This document shows positions 1 to 9,374 of a stretch of DNA of 30,945 nucleotides, piece after piece. A model generated the notes under the pieces. That model was not told the origin of the DNA. It searched no databases and saw nothing but the letters and a program-made list of their open reading frames with translations. This DNA comes from a virus (Duplodnaviria > Caudoviricetes). The number at the start of each line of letters is the position of its first letter. The first letter of the stretch is position 1. The stretch covers positions 1 through 30,945 of the IMG/VR virus record IMGVR_UViG_3300016464_000103; one strand, 5' to 3'. The position numbers were made by a program, and so were the translations under genes.

Positions 1-2
1 TA

Positions 3-14
3 TGATCGCGCGGG
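3..14. repeat. Left copy of 12-nt terminal direct repeat TGATCGCGCGGG (probable cos cohesive end or circularisation overlap)
   Basis: Identical 12-mer at 30934-30945; lies just upstream of the terminase small subunit, where cos sits in lambda-like phages. Confidence 0.7.
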
Positions 15-60
15 GCCAATCATCCAGCGCGAGCAAACCCGCTATTGTATTACAAACCCA

Positions 61-273
61 ATGTCAATAGCCGTCAATTACCTGTTATTGCAAATCGGCC
101 ACAATGTACTCAAATGGCATCTTGAGCGCATTCGCAATGGGACTTTTACCGTTGAGCAGGTCGCAAGCTTCTATTGTAAGGACCCGAAGCTTCCAGAGTA
201 CAACACGGTACAAAAGGGGCTGCGTGAATTGCTGAAGATGAAGCCGGACGAATTGCCGATCCAACTCAAATGA
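61..273 (+). CDS. Hypothetical protein (70 aa)
   Basis: ATG after an A/C-rich leader (tacaaaccca); stop overlaps next start (ATGA at 270-273). Confidence 0.6.
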   Translation: MSIAVNYLLLQIGHNVLKWHLERIRNGTFTVEQVASFYCKDPKLPEYNTVQKGLRELLKMKPDELPIQLK

Positions 274-923
274 CACAAACCGACTATGTAAAGCATTCTG
301 GTCTCTCCAAAGGACGGGTTTCCATTCTCGTCAAACACGGGATGCCGTTGACCTCCCCAGAAGAGGCCGACGCTTGGAGAGGAAGCCGCAAAGGCATTGG
401 CGGGAGGCAGAGCCACAAGCAATTGGCAGAAGCCCACCAGCAGCAGGAAGCTAAGTTCCAAGAGGTCGCTTCATCGCTCACGGAAGGCCCGTACAGACCG
501 CCGGAGGCTGCAACGGCGGTCAATGCATCGCTGGTCGCATCGGACACTCCTGCTGGCGCCTACGAACGCCAGAAGCAGATTGAGCGAGCTTCCTATGGTC
601 TAGCGGTTCAAGCGTTGCGGAACAAGACGATGGACGCAGGACGCATGGTAACCGTCCACGCTGCCGCAGCGAAAAACCTCATCAACGCCCGTCAGGACGT
701 CCTCGCGCTTGCCGAAAAGGAGCGGTCGCTTGTCTCTGGCTCTTGGGTCAAGAAGGTGATGCAAGAACACGATGGAGCCGTTGCCAGCCTTCTCAAAGCA
801 ATGCCGAAGCAGCTCTCCGGACGCATTGCGCCGCATGATCCAGAACACGCTGAACGCGAATTGGACCGTTGGGTCCAAGAAGTGTGTCTCAAAACTCTGC
901 ACTCAACTGATCCATGGAAGTGA
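270..923 (+). CDS. Terminase small subunit (Nu1-like)
   Basis: N-terminal wHTH-like segment MTQTDYVKHSGLSKGRVSILVKHGMP; C-terminal helical segment ERSLVS...LKAMPKQLSGRIA typical of Nu1-like proteins; upstream of GpA. Confidence 0.75.
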   Translation: MTQTDYVKHSGLSKGRVSILVKHGMPLTSPEEADAWRGSRKGIGGRQSHKQLAEAHQQQEAKFQEVASSLTEGPYRPPEAATAVNASLVASDTPAGAYERQKQIERASYGLAVQALRNKTMDAGRMVTVHAAAAKNLINARQDVLALAEKERSLVSGSWVKKVMQEHDGAVASLLKAMPKQLSGRIAPHDPEHAERELDRWVQEVCLKTLHSTDPWK

Positions 924-2122
924 CTCAAATCGAACACCTGCTGGTCTCCAGCCTTATTCCTTACGCTCGCAACTCTCGGACTCACTCCGATGAGCAGGTG
1001 GCGCAAATCGCAGCCTCCATCCGTGAGTTCGGATTCACCAATCCCGTTTTGATTGATGCCAACGGGACGATCATAGCCGGTCACGGTCGCGTCATGGCGG
1101 CAAAGAAGCTCGGACTAGATGAAGTCCCGTGTCTGCGGCTCGGACACCTGACGCCATCGCAGATCCGAGCTTACGTCATCGCTGATAACAAGATCGCGCT
1201 GAACGCCGGTTGGGACGATGAGATGCTCAAAGCCGAGTTGCTGACCCTACAGGAAGAGGGCTTCAACACGGATCTAACCGGATTCTCAGACGATGAACTC
1301 AACGCTTTGCTTACCGTCGAGACCGTAGAAGGCGAGACCGATCCAGACGAAGTGCCAGAAGCTCCAGTTGAGCCAATCACAAAGCTCGGAGACATCTGGA
1401 TTCTTGGGAATCACCGGCTTATGTGCGGAGATTCCACAAGCATTGACTCCGTAAATCGTCTGATGGGAGGAGAACACGCAAACCTGCTCCTTACCGATCC
1501 TCCATACAATGTGGCTTACGAGGGCAAAACGGAGGATGCTTTGACCATTCAAAACGACTCAATGGACAACGATTCGTTTGCTCAATTCCTGCGAGACGTC
1601 TACTCGACGGCCGACACGGTCATGAAAGAAGGCGCTGTGTTCTACATCTGGCACGCGGATTCAGAGGGTCTCAATTTTCGGAAGGCTGCATTTGAGGTTG
1701 GATGGAAGGTTCGGCAATGCCTCATTTGGAACAAAAATTCTCTGGTCCTTGGCAGGCAGGACTACCATTGGAAACATGAACCGTGTCTTTACGGATGGAA
1801 AGATGGGGCTGCGCACTATTGGGGTTCTGACAGAACTCAAACAACAGTCTTGAATTTTAACAGGCCAAGCAGAAATGGCGAACACCCAACCATGAAGCCG
1901 GTTGAGTTGTTTGAATACCAAATCAAAAACAGCAGCAAACCCTCGGATGTTGTCTTGGATCTTTTTGGAGGATCTGGAACCACGGCAATCGCTTGCGAAA
2001 AGACCGGACGCAAAGCTCGGTTGATGGAATTGGACCCAAAGTACTGCGACGTCATCGTCAAACGATGGGAGGACTTCACCGGCAAGAAGGCTCATCTCGA
2101 AAAGCTAGAATCCAATGATTGA
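914..2122 (+). CDS. ParB/Srx-domain amino (N4-C/N6-A) DNA methyltransferase, beta class
   Basis: ParB N-domain (LIPYARNSRTH, FGFTNPVLID, IIAGHGR, ADNK); catalytic DPPY precedes HPTMKP and SAM-binding LDLFGGSGTT. Confidence 0.93.
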   Translation: MEVTQIEHLLVSSLIPYARNSRTHSDEQVAQIAASIREFGFTNPVLIDANGTIIAGHGRVMAAKKLGLDEVPCLRLGHLTPSQIRAYVIADNKIALNAGWDDEMLKAELLTLQEEGFNTDLTGFSDDELNALLTVETVEGETDPDEVPEAPVEPITKLGDIWILGNHRLMCGDSTSIDSVNRLMGGEHANLLLTDPPYNVAYEGKTEDALTIQNDSMDNDSFAQFLRDVYSTADTVMKEGAVFYIWHADSEGLNFRKAAFEVGWKVRQCLIWNKNSLVLGRQDYHWKHEPCLYGWKDGAAHYWGSDRTQTTVLNFNRPSRNGEHPTMKPVELFEYQIKNSSKPSDVVLDLFGGSGTTAIACEKTGRKARLMELDPKYCDVIVKRWEDFTGKKAHLEKLESND

Positions 2123-2627
2123 AACACTCGAAATCCACAAGCCGAGAGGCATTGAAGCTCTGCGTCAGAACCGAATCGCGCTCAACGCCATAGAATCGCA
2201 GACCGATTTCCGGATGATTGGTTTGCCGGACACGGAGCCGTCTCGGATTGATGGCTTCGTCTATGATACCAACGCGGGAGTGATTGTCGGAAGCTACGAG
2301 ATCAAGTCTCGGTTGTATGATCTGCACAAGCTCCAAACGACCTACAAAAACAAGTGGATGATTGATTGGTCAAAGCTTCAAGCGGCACTTGAAGTGACCA
2401 AGCATACGAAGCTGCCTTTTTACGGAGTGTTGCACCTAAAGCCGGACAATCTGGTGATGATGGTTGAAATTTTCAACGCTCGCGCAACGTGGGCTTGCAA
2501 CGTGGAGTTGTTGGATCAATGGAACGATGGGAGGCCAGAGAGAATGGCGTTCGTCCACATGGACTCGGCAAAGACATACAAGATCCGCCCGAGCAATGAG
2601 ATCATCCAGACTCAGCTTTTCCGATGA
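2115..2627 (+). CDS. Putative PD-(D/E)xK nuclease
   Basis: Motif SRIDGF...SYEIKSR; overlaps both neighbouring genes. Confidence 0.55.
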   Translation: MIETLEIHKPRGIEALRQNRIALNAIESQTDFRMIGLPDTEPSRIDGFVYDTNAGVIVGSYEIKSRLYDLHKLQTTYKNKWMIDWSKLQAALEVTKHTKLPFYGVLHLKPDNLVMMVEIFNARATWACNVELLDQWNDGRPERMAFVHMDSAKTYKIRPSNEIIQTQLFR

Positions 2628-4477
2628 CCGATCTTGAGCGTGAAATTCTGGAGTTCCGGCGGCAACTGTGGCGACCGACTCCACGGCAGTCTGTGGTTGA
2701 GTGGGCTGAATTCAATCTCACATTGACCCAACGACAGACCGAGCATCCCGGCCCATTCTCGACGGCTGTCCGACCATATTGCCGCGAGCCGCTGGAGACT
2801 TGGAAAAATCCGGCTGTCTCTGAGGTGACGCTCTGTTGGGGATCTCAGACCAGCAAGACAACGACGCTCATGGCCGGTCTGGCGTGGGCAATTGATGTCG
2901 AACCGAGTCCTGCTTTGTGGCTCATGCCGTCCGAGAATCTCGCTCGGAGCTTTAGCAAATCTCGCTGGCTTCCGATGCTTGAGGACTCACCGGCTCTGGT
3001 GGCTCGGTTTCCGGCGGATCGAGACCAGATCACCAATCTGGAGCAGCAATTCGACCGCTGCACGTTGAGCTTTGTCGGCTCAAACTCACCGGCAAATCTG
3101 GCATCTCGACCAGTCCGCATTCTGGTTGCCGATGAGGTGGACAAGTTCGCTGAAGCCACAGCGAAGGAAGCCGACGCTCTGGATCTTGCGGAACAACGGC
3201 TCAAAGCGTTCTCCAGTTCCAAAGCCTTTTTCACCAGTACTCCTACAACAACGGAAGGCAGAATCTGGCAGAAGTTCCTGCGTGGGGACCAAAGGTACTA
3301 CCATATACCGTGTCCGCATTGCCGCGAGTTCATCCGGCTGGAATGGAAGCAAGTCACTTGGGACAACGCCAAACTGGAGGATGGGAAACCCGACTGGCAG
3401 ACGATCCGCACTTCCGCTCATTACGTTTGCCAACTGTGTCATGGCAAGATCAGCGACAGCCAGAAGGTCGCAGGATTGCGCCATGGCAAATGGATCGCCC
3501 ACAACGTCGCCAGCATCCCGAGCGTCCGATCTTATCACCTGTCGAGCCTCTATTCGCCCGACCGCAAATGCACTTGGGCAAATCTGGCGGTCGCATTTCT
3601 GGAAGCCAAAGCTTCGATGATGGGCCTTCAGAGCTTCGTCAATGGAATGCTCGCGGAACCGTGGGAGAATCAAGACTCGCAACCGGAGCGCGTGGAGGTC
3701 GTCTCGGACACCGAGATGCCAGAAGCTCGGAGGTATCTGACCGCAGACGTACAAGCTGCCGCTCCGTTCTTGTGGTGGGTTTGCCGCGAGTGGAGCGCCG
3801 GCAATTCACGATTGGTGGCAGCCGGTCACGCAGACGACTTTGCCGCTCTGCGACGGGTCCAACTGTACTACAACGTACACGACATGGACGTTGGCGTTGA
3901 CTCCGGTTTCAACACTCAAGCGGTGTACGATGCTTGCGCTCAATACTCGCAAACGAGCAGCGGAGCGATCAACTATCCATGCGGTCTTCGGTATCCACCA
4001 GAGGGAGGATTGCGGAAGCCTATGCTTGTCGGCTGGTTGCCGCTCAAAGGTCGAGAGAGCGGAGCGAGATTCACGAGCAAGACGGGCTCCATTCTGCCAT
4101 GCGGAATCACGACCTCAACCTCAATGCGGACCGATGTTGTTCAGCCGCTGATGATCTTTGATACAGAACACCTTCGGGAAATGCTCCAAAAGCTCCGCAG
4201 AGGCAGCGAAAACCACTCATGGTCTGTTTGCTCGCTTCCGGCACAACTCGACGCAGAAGGGGCATTTGCGAGCGATGCCGATACATATTGGAAGCATCTC
4301 GACAGTCACATTCTCAAGCCTACCGCCAACCGAGCCGGCCGAATCAAACATCTATGGTTCAAGCGAAACACTCGCTGGCCGGATCACTTGCATGACTGTG
4401 AGATCATGCAGATTGCAATGGTAACGCTCTGGAACGATCTAATCCCAAATCCCGTTGTTGATACAACTGGCGGTTGA
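2624..4477 (+). CDS. terL: Terminase large subunit, lambda GpA family
   Basis: Walker A-like GSQTSKTT, Walker B ILVADEVD, coupling motif STPT, CPHC...CQLC zinc motif, nuclease TADVQ, DSG and DHLHDCE. Confidence 0.95.
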   Translation: MTDLEREILEFRRQLWRPTPRQSVVEWAEFNLTLTQRQTEHPGPFSTAVRPYCREPLETWKNPAVSEVTLCWGSQTSKTTTLMAGLAWAIDVEPSPALWLMPSENLARSFSKSRWLPMLEDSPALVARFPADRDQITNLEQQFDRCTLSFVGSNSPANLASRPVRILVADEVDKFAEATAKEADALDLAEQRLKAFSSSKAFFTSTPTTTEGRIWQKFLRGDQRYYHIPCPHCREFIRLEWKQVTWDNAKLEDGKPDWQTIRTSAHYVCQLCHGKISDSQKVAGLRHGKWIAHNVASIPSVRSYHLSSLYSPDRKCTWANLAVAFLEAKASMMGLQSFVNGMLAEPWENQDSQPERVEVVSDTEMPEARRYLTADVQAAAPFLWWVCREWSAGNSRLVAAGHADDFAALRRVQLYYNVHDMDVGVDSGFNTQAVYDACAQYSQTSSGAINYPCGLRYPPEGGLRKPMLVGWLPLKGRESGARFTSKTGSILPCGITTSTSMRTDVVQPLMIFDTEHLREMLQKLRRGSENHSWSVCSLPAQLDAEGAFASDADTYWKHLDSHILKPTANRAGRIKHLWFKRNTRWPDHLHDCEIMQIAMVTLWNDLIPNPVVDTTGG

Positions 4478-4509
4478 CAAGCCGGACGCTCTGTGAATAG
4501 TCCGCGCAA

Positions 4510-4911
4510 GTGGTCACTTACACAGTTGCAACGAAGCGGTCTTACTTGCGTACCACATACGCGAGCAAAGGCGCTTTGTCGTTGCTGGAAGCTTTGACCG
4601 CAAAGCTGACCGTTTCCGCAAATGCTCTTGAGAGCGGAAATCTGGTCCGGCAAACGTCTTCTTCCGATGTCTCTGTTGAGTTCGCTGAACCCGGAAAGGG
4701 AAGCGCAAGTCCCGGTGAGATGTTGGAAATGTGGGAATCTCTGCTGAGTGACTACGATTACGCGGTCACGCTGCTTTCCAGCGACGGCATCACCAGCCCA
4801 ACTGATGCGCAGATTTACGCAAAGATGCTCGGGTCAGTCCTTATTGCGACCACCCGTTATTATGGAGACTTCACGCAGTACCGGCGTGAGGCAACCGTTA
4901 GGATGAGCTGA
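4510..4911 (+). CDS. Putative head completion/head-tail adaptor protein (gpW position)
   Basis: GTG start; between terL and portal as lambda W; stop overlaps portal ATG; function from synteny only. Confidence 0.5.
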   Translation: MVTYTVATKRSYLRTTYASKGALSLLEALTAKLTVSANALESGNLVRQTSSSDVSVEFAEPGKGSASPGEMLEMWESLLSDYDYAVTLLSSDGITSPTDAQIYAKMLGSVLIATTRYYGDFTQYRREATVRMS

Positions 4912-6479
4912 TGGGAATCCTCTCAAAAATCCGAGACGTTCTGTTCCCTGCTCCTGAGAACAAATACGAAGGAGCGCAACAGAGCTTGCGTCGTTCGTAT
5001 CTTGATACGTCTTACACTTCGGCTCGGTTCGATGTCACCAGTTCGACACGACAAGCGATTGTCCGAAAGAGCCGGTATTTTGAGCAGAACAACGCTATCC
5101 TCAACAGGCTTGGAGACCTCTTTGAGTCTTACACCGTTGGGTCGTCGTTCTCAGTCCAACCCGCATCCAGCGATCCGGCATGGAATCTCAAAGCAAAGAA
5201 GTGGTTCGACATCTGGTGTCGGTATCCAGATATCGGTTCCCGCCAGTCTTTCGGTACTTTGATGGGTCAAGCCGCGCGGGGATGGTTCTTCGACGGAGAG
5301 TCTTTCATTCTGCTGACCAAAGGAGAGAGCGGCAAACCGCGATTGCAGTTGCTGGAAGCTCAATCGGTAGCGACTCCGGTGGGAATGGAGTCCGACCAGA
5401 CTGTATTTGACGGCATCCGTTTTGATCCTCGGACGGGTCGAGCGGTCAGCTATTTTGTCGGCTCCGAGAAGACGCAGGGAAATCTGGTCGATGTCCGAGC
5501 CATTCCTTCGGATTCAGTCGTCCACATTTACGAGCCGAATCGTGCCGGTCAGCTTCGCGGGATTCCATTCGTAAGCTGCGTCATCAACGATCTGCACGAT
5601 CTCGACGACTTGCAGAAGCTGGAGATGGAGGCTTGTAAGCTCGGCGCTTCTGTCGCTCAGATCGTCAAGACTGTCTCTGGCGAGGTTCAAGCCTCAAACC
5701 TGCGAGCCGGCACCGCTTCGACGACAGCCAACACCGCTGAGAATTATTACGAGCAGGTCTTCGGAAGTGCGGTCAAAGTGCTGAAACACGGAGACGAGTT
5801 CCAGCAATTCGCAACCGAGCGTCCCGGCGTGAATATGCGGGAATACTGGCGGCAGCTTACCGAGAAGGTCTGTGCTGGTGTTGGTATTCCGTATGTTCTC
5901 GTTTTCCCTGAGTCCATGCAGGGAACCGTCTATCGCGGTGCGCTGGATATGTCGGCGGTTTGGTTCAAGAGCCGCCATCACGTTATGGCGACTGCCGCTC
6001 GACGTATTTATGAGTACGTCATGGAATACGCGATCAAGACCGATCCGACGCTGAACGATGCTCCGTCTGATTGGTATGAGGTCGCAATCACCGCCCCTCG
6101 CGCTCCTAATGTTGATGTCGGGCGCAATTCGGCGGCTCAACTCAAAGAGCTTGAGGCCGGTATTATCACATACGATGAAGTCTACGGATCTCGAGGTCTT
6201 GATTGGCGTTCATCGTTAGAAGCCAAAGCACAGCAAGCTTTGTTTGTCCGTCAATTGGCTGATAAATACGGTCTCGACGTTTCCGAGATTTCTACTGTTC
6301 AGAAGGAAAAAGCCCCGAGTGTTCCTGTGGCTGCTATTGACACAAGCTCGGAAAATCAAAACGCTCCCGAGCCAGTTGCAGCACCGGAAGGCGGAGACAC
6401 TTCGGTTGTTGTAGATGACACGGCCGTTGTTGCCAAAGCCAAGAAGACTCGCAAACCAAGATCCAAGAAGTCTGAATGA
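4911..6479 (+). CDS. Portal protein, lambda gpB family
   Basis: RKSRYFEQNN, DGESF, DGIRFDPRTGRAVSYF, VVHIYEPNRAGQLRGIP, AGVGIPY motifs; position after terminase. Confidence 0.93.
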   Translation: MGILSKIRDVLFPAPENKYEGAQQSLRRSYLDTSYTSARFDVTSSTRQAIVRKSRYFEQNNAILNRLGDLFESYTVGSSFSVQPASSDPAWNLKAKKWFDIWCRYPDIGSRQSFGTLMGQAARGWFFDGESFILLTKGESGKPRLQLLEAQSVATPVGMESDQTVFDGIRFDPRTGRAVSYFVGSEKTQGNLVDVRAIPSDSVVHIYEPNRAGQLRGIPFVSCVINDLHDLDDLQKLEMEACKLGASVAQIVKTVSGEVQASNLRAGTASTTANTAENYYEQVFGSAVKVLKHGDEFQQFATERPGVNMREYWRQLTEKVCAGVGIPYVLVFPESMQGTVYRGALDMSAVWFKSRHHVMATAARRIYEYVMEYAIKTDPTLNDAPSDWYEVAITAPRAPNVDVGRNSAAQLKELEAGIITYDEVYGSRGLDWRSSLEAKAQQALFVRQLADKYGLDVSEISTVQKEKAPSVPVAAIDTSSENQNAPEPVAAPEGGDTSVVVDDTAVVAKAKKTRKPRSKKSE

Positions 6480-8629
6480 ATCTGACAAAGAAAACAGACT
6501 GGTTGTATTACGCGCCGGCGGCTTCCGCTGGTGAGACTGCGACCATCCAAATCTTCGACCAGATTGGCGAAGATTGGTTTGGCGGCAGCGGCTTGTCCGG
6601 CAAGCAGTTCTCGGACGTTCTCAATGAAGTGGGCAATGGTCCGCTCTTGGTCGAGATCAACTCTCCCGGAGGCAACGTTTGGGATGGTCTGAGCATTTAC
6701 AACCAGCTTCGCGGTCGTCGCGCTCCGGTGACCACTCGCGTCGTTGGCATCGCCGCTTCCATCGCGTCGATCATTGCTCTGGCCGGTGATAAGGTCGAGA
6801 TGGCGGACGCTGCGTTGATAATGATTCACGACCCGTCCGGCATGGCTTCTGGCACTTCCGAAGATATGCGGAAGATGGCCGACGCGCTCGACCAACACGC
6901 TGAAGTGCTGGTTGGAGTCTATGCCAAAAAGACCGGCAAGTCTCCCGAAGCGATTCGCGCTGCGATGAAAGCGGAGACTTGGTTTACCACCGCTGAAGCG
7001 ATTGCTTTCGGTCTTGTGGATAAGCCTATCAAACAGCTTGCGATGGCTGCGAAGTGGCATCCGCGAGCGGTCACCAAGACGGCTCCCGAGACGGTCAAGA
7101 ACAACCTTCGCAAAGGTCTCAAGCAATACGAAGAGGGGCTTGCCGGTGACGGTCTTGAGAAGGCAACCGTTCTTGAGGCTGAGTCGCTAGTCGCTGGCGA
7201 ACCTCCTACCGAAGCGAAGGTGCAGAAGGCAAACGCTTGGTGGGGACGCAATGAGCGTTTTCTTGAGGCCGAGCCAAACACTCCTGCCGATGTTGCTGCG
7301 AACCTATGGGGCGGCGCCGCGGGCCGCGATTGGTTCCGCGCACTCTATGCTCAGATTGAGCGCGAGGAAGGCGAAGACGAGTCCATTGACGACTCCAAAA
7401 AGATTTCTCCCGATAGCACCAACGCTAGCGGACAGAATGGCGTGACCAACACGCCGCAACCAACACAACAAACCGACACACATATGTCCGACAACACTCC
7501 TGTGGCGGCTGCGGCTCCTGCTGCGGCTCCTGCCGCTTCTGTGGACCTCAACGCCATCCTTGCCAAGCTCACCGCTCTTGAGGCTTCGATGAAGGCTCCT
7601 GCCGCCGCTCCCGCTCCTGAGCCGGTTCGCCCCGTCATCGAGAACCTCGGCAACCCGCTGCTGGAGCAGCACAAGAAGATGAAGGCCGGCGCTGACCGCC
7701 GCCGCTTCCTGATTGAGAACCACAGCGAGTTGATCCGCCAGAACAAGCTCATCGCTCCCCAGAACAGCAACACCTTCGCGGCTGGTCTGGTGGTCGATTA
7801 TCTGGCCGATGCGGTCATCACGGAGATGGGCACGAAGCTTGCGATGGTTGGCAACTTCACTCGCAACGTTGGTCTGGATAACCTCCGCCCCCGTGCGACC
7901 GTGCAGGTCAAGAAGTTCGTGCAGGCCGGCGCTTCCGCTACGGTCGACAACGCGACCAATTTTGAGACCAGCAACGACTCCGAGCTTGCTGCCACCTCCG
8001 TCACGGTCAACCAGATCAGCAAGCTGTTCACCGTCACGGCTCAGGAGTTGAATCAGGGGTTCGCTCTGGCCGATCTCGCTGCCGGTTCCGCTGATGTCTT
8101 CGCGCTCGGTATCAGCAAGAAGATCACCGCGGTGATGACCTCCGCCAACTACGGCGCTGGCACCACCATTGGTGCCGCTGGCAGCTTCGACACTAGCGAC
8201 CTTCCTGCGATCTTGGCTCTGGCTAAGAACTACCGGCAGAAGCTTCTGCTGCTGGACGGTGGGCATCTCGCTCGTCTCCAGTTCTCCGCCGCCGCGAACA
8301 CCTTCCCTGATGCTCGTTACGGTCCGCTGAACAACGGTCTGTTCGGCTTTGAGGGCATCTACGAGCAGAACGATTGGACGGGCGCGATTGCCAACACCGC
8401 CGGCTTCGTTTGCGGCCGCGATGCCATCGCCATTGCCTCCGGTCTGCCGGTGGGCATGATCGCTGGTGAGTTCGTCGAGCAGCGCACCGTGGAGTCCACC
8501 AATGGTCTGTCGGTCCTGCTGTCCGTCTGGTACAGCCGCGCCACTCGCGCTCATATGGCTTCGTACGACATCATGTTCGGCGTTGCCGCTGGCGACAAGA
8601 CGCAGGCCGAAGTCCTCATCACCTCCTAA
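6476..8629 (+). CDS. ClpP-type (S14) prohead protease fused via a linker/scaffold to the major capsid protein
   Basis: INSPGG, GIAASIAS (Ser), MIHDP (His), ETWFT in the first ~185 aa; Ala/Pro linker; C-terminal ~290 aa with strong codon bias and capsid-like end (SYDIMFGVAAGD); no other capsid candidate in the genome. Confidence 0.88.
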   Translation: MNLTKKTDWLYYAPAASAGETATIQIFDQIGEDWFGGSGLSGKQFSDVLNEVGNGPLLVEINSPGGNVWDGLSIYNQLRGRRAPVTTRVVGIAASIASIIALAGDKVEMADAALIMIHDPSGMASGTSEDMRKMADALDQHAEVLVGVYAKKTGKSPEAIRAAMKAETWFTTAEAIAFGLVDKPIKQLAMAAKWHPRAVTKTAPETVKNNLRKGLKQYEEGLAGDGLEKATVLEAESLVAGEPPTEAKVQKANAWWGRNERFLEAEPNTPADVAANLWGGAAGRDWFRALYAQIEREEGEDESIDDSKKISPDSTNASGQNGVTNTPQPTQQTDTHMSDNTPVAAAAPAAAPAASVDLNAILAKLTALEASMKAPAAAPAPEPVRPVIENLGNPLLEQHKKMKAGADRRRFLIENHSELIRQNKLIAPQNSNTFAAGLVVDYLADAVITEMGTKLAMVGNFTRNVGLDNLRPRATVQVKKFVQAGASATVDNATNFETSNDSELAATSVTVNQISKLFTVTAQELNQGFALADLAAGSADVFALGISKKITAVMTSANYGAGTTIGAAGSFDTSDLPAILALAKNYRQKLLLLDGGHLARLQFSAAANTFPDARYGPLNNGLFGFEGIYEQNDWTGAIANTAGFVCGRDAIAIASGLPVGMIAGEFVEQRTVESTNGLSVLLSVWYSRATRAHMASYDIMFGVAAGDKTQAEVLITS

Positions 8630-8638
8630 GGTTGAGCC

Positions 8639-8815
8639 ATGAGGATTGCGACCACAGTTGCGGTGGACAAGACGGGCAAGTGCAAGCTCGTTTCTGGTCC
8701 CGATGTTGATGCGACTCTCCAGCGCACCAACTTCAACACCGCTCCCGTTCCTGAGGGAGGCAAGCTCGTCCTGTGGATACAGGGAGCCTTAGCACCGAAG
8801 ATTCGCAAAGGTTGA
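8639..8815 (+). CDS. Small hypothetical protein, 58 aa (MRIATTVAVDKTGKCK...APKIRKG); not in ORF track
   Basis: Translated by hand; fills the gap between the capsid stop and the hairpin. Confidence 0.6.
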   Translation: MRIATTVAVDKTGKCKLVSGPDVDATLQRTNFNTAPVPEGGKLVLWIQGALAPKIRKG

Positions 8816-8826
8816 CCGACAAAATT

Positions 8827-8859
8827 GGGGAGGCTGTTGGATACGCTGACAGCCTCCCC
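8827..8859 (+). terminator. GC-rich hairpin downstream of the capsid genes (terminator/attenuator or mRNA stabiliser)
   Basis: Perfect 11-bp stem GGGGAGGCTGT / ACAGCCTCCCC with 11-nt loop; no strong U-tract on the + strand. Confidence 0.6.
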
Positions 8860-8876
8860 TCTAACCGAAAAACAAC

Positions 8877-9140
8877 ATGGCCGTCCAAGCAGACATCGCA
8901 ACCGAGTACAGCATGGGCCGACAGGGGTTCCAGCTTGTCACCGATACCGCCGCAAAGACCGGCAACTGGTCGTCGCTCGTGCCGATTGAGCCGACGGTAT
9001 TCTCGTCCATCACCGGCACCGGAATCAGCGGGACTTGGCTATCGAAGACCATCCCGACTGGACAGGTGCTTCCCGGTGACATCACCGGCTTTCAGATCAA
9101 CTCCGGCGCCGTGATCGCATTCTTGGCTCGCACGCCGTGA
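8877..9140 (+). CDS. Small beta-rich virion protein, possible head decoration/spike-base protein
   Basis: 87 aa, A/C-rich leader, just after capsid genes; C-terminal TIPTGQVLPGDITGFQINSGAVIAF pattern. Confidence 0.5.
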   Translation: MAVQADIATEYSMGRQGFQLVTDTAAKTGNWSSLVPIEPTVFSSITGTGISGTWLSKTIPTGQVLPGDITGFQINSGAVIAFLARTP

Positions 9141-9373
9141 TCTCTCTCGGACTAGCAATCGACCGGACACGGCCGCTCAACGGCGTGATGCCGGAGCCGC
9201 CCATCGAGCGCAGAGACATCCTGTGCGAGAACGGCGACTATCTCGTCCAAGAGGAAAACATCGGCGGCAACCGGCTGGTCTATTCCTTCGGGACGTTTGA
9301 TTCGCTACTGACCGAAGGTGCAGATTTTTTGACGCAAGAAGACTCTGGCAAACTCATCCTCACCGTTTACTGA
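9137..9373 (+). CDS. Small virion adaptor-like protein with two LxxExGxxLxQE-type motifs
   Basis: GTGA overlap; N-terminus MISLGLAI; repeats ILCENGDYLVQE and LLTEGADFLTQE. Confidence 0.55.
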   Translation: MISLGLAIDRTRPLNGVMPEPPIERRDILCENGDYLVQEENIGGNRLVYSFGTFDSLLTEGADFLTQEDSGKLILTVY

Positions 9374-9374
9374 T

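Noticed and set aside
4474-4502. Promoter at TTGACA before the head genes
   Set aside because: Perfect -35 overlaps the terL stop but the -10 is poor (AATAGT at 16 bp); not supportable
7304-8554. 416-aa minus-strand ORF
   Set aside because: Antisense shadow of the strongly codon-biased capsid region; no protein-like features. The same applies to other long minus ORFs (6356-7126, 13226-14050, 3086-3754, 22012-22644).
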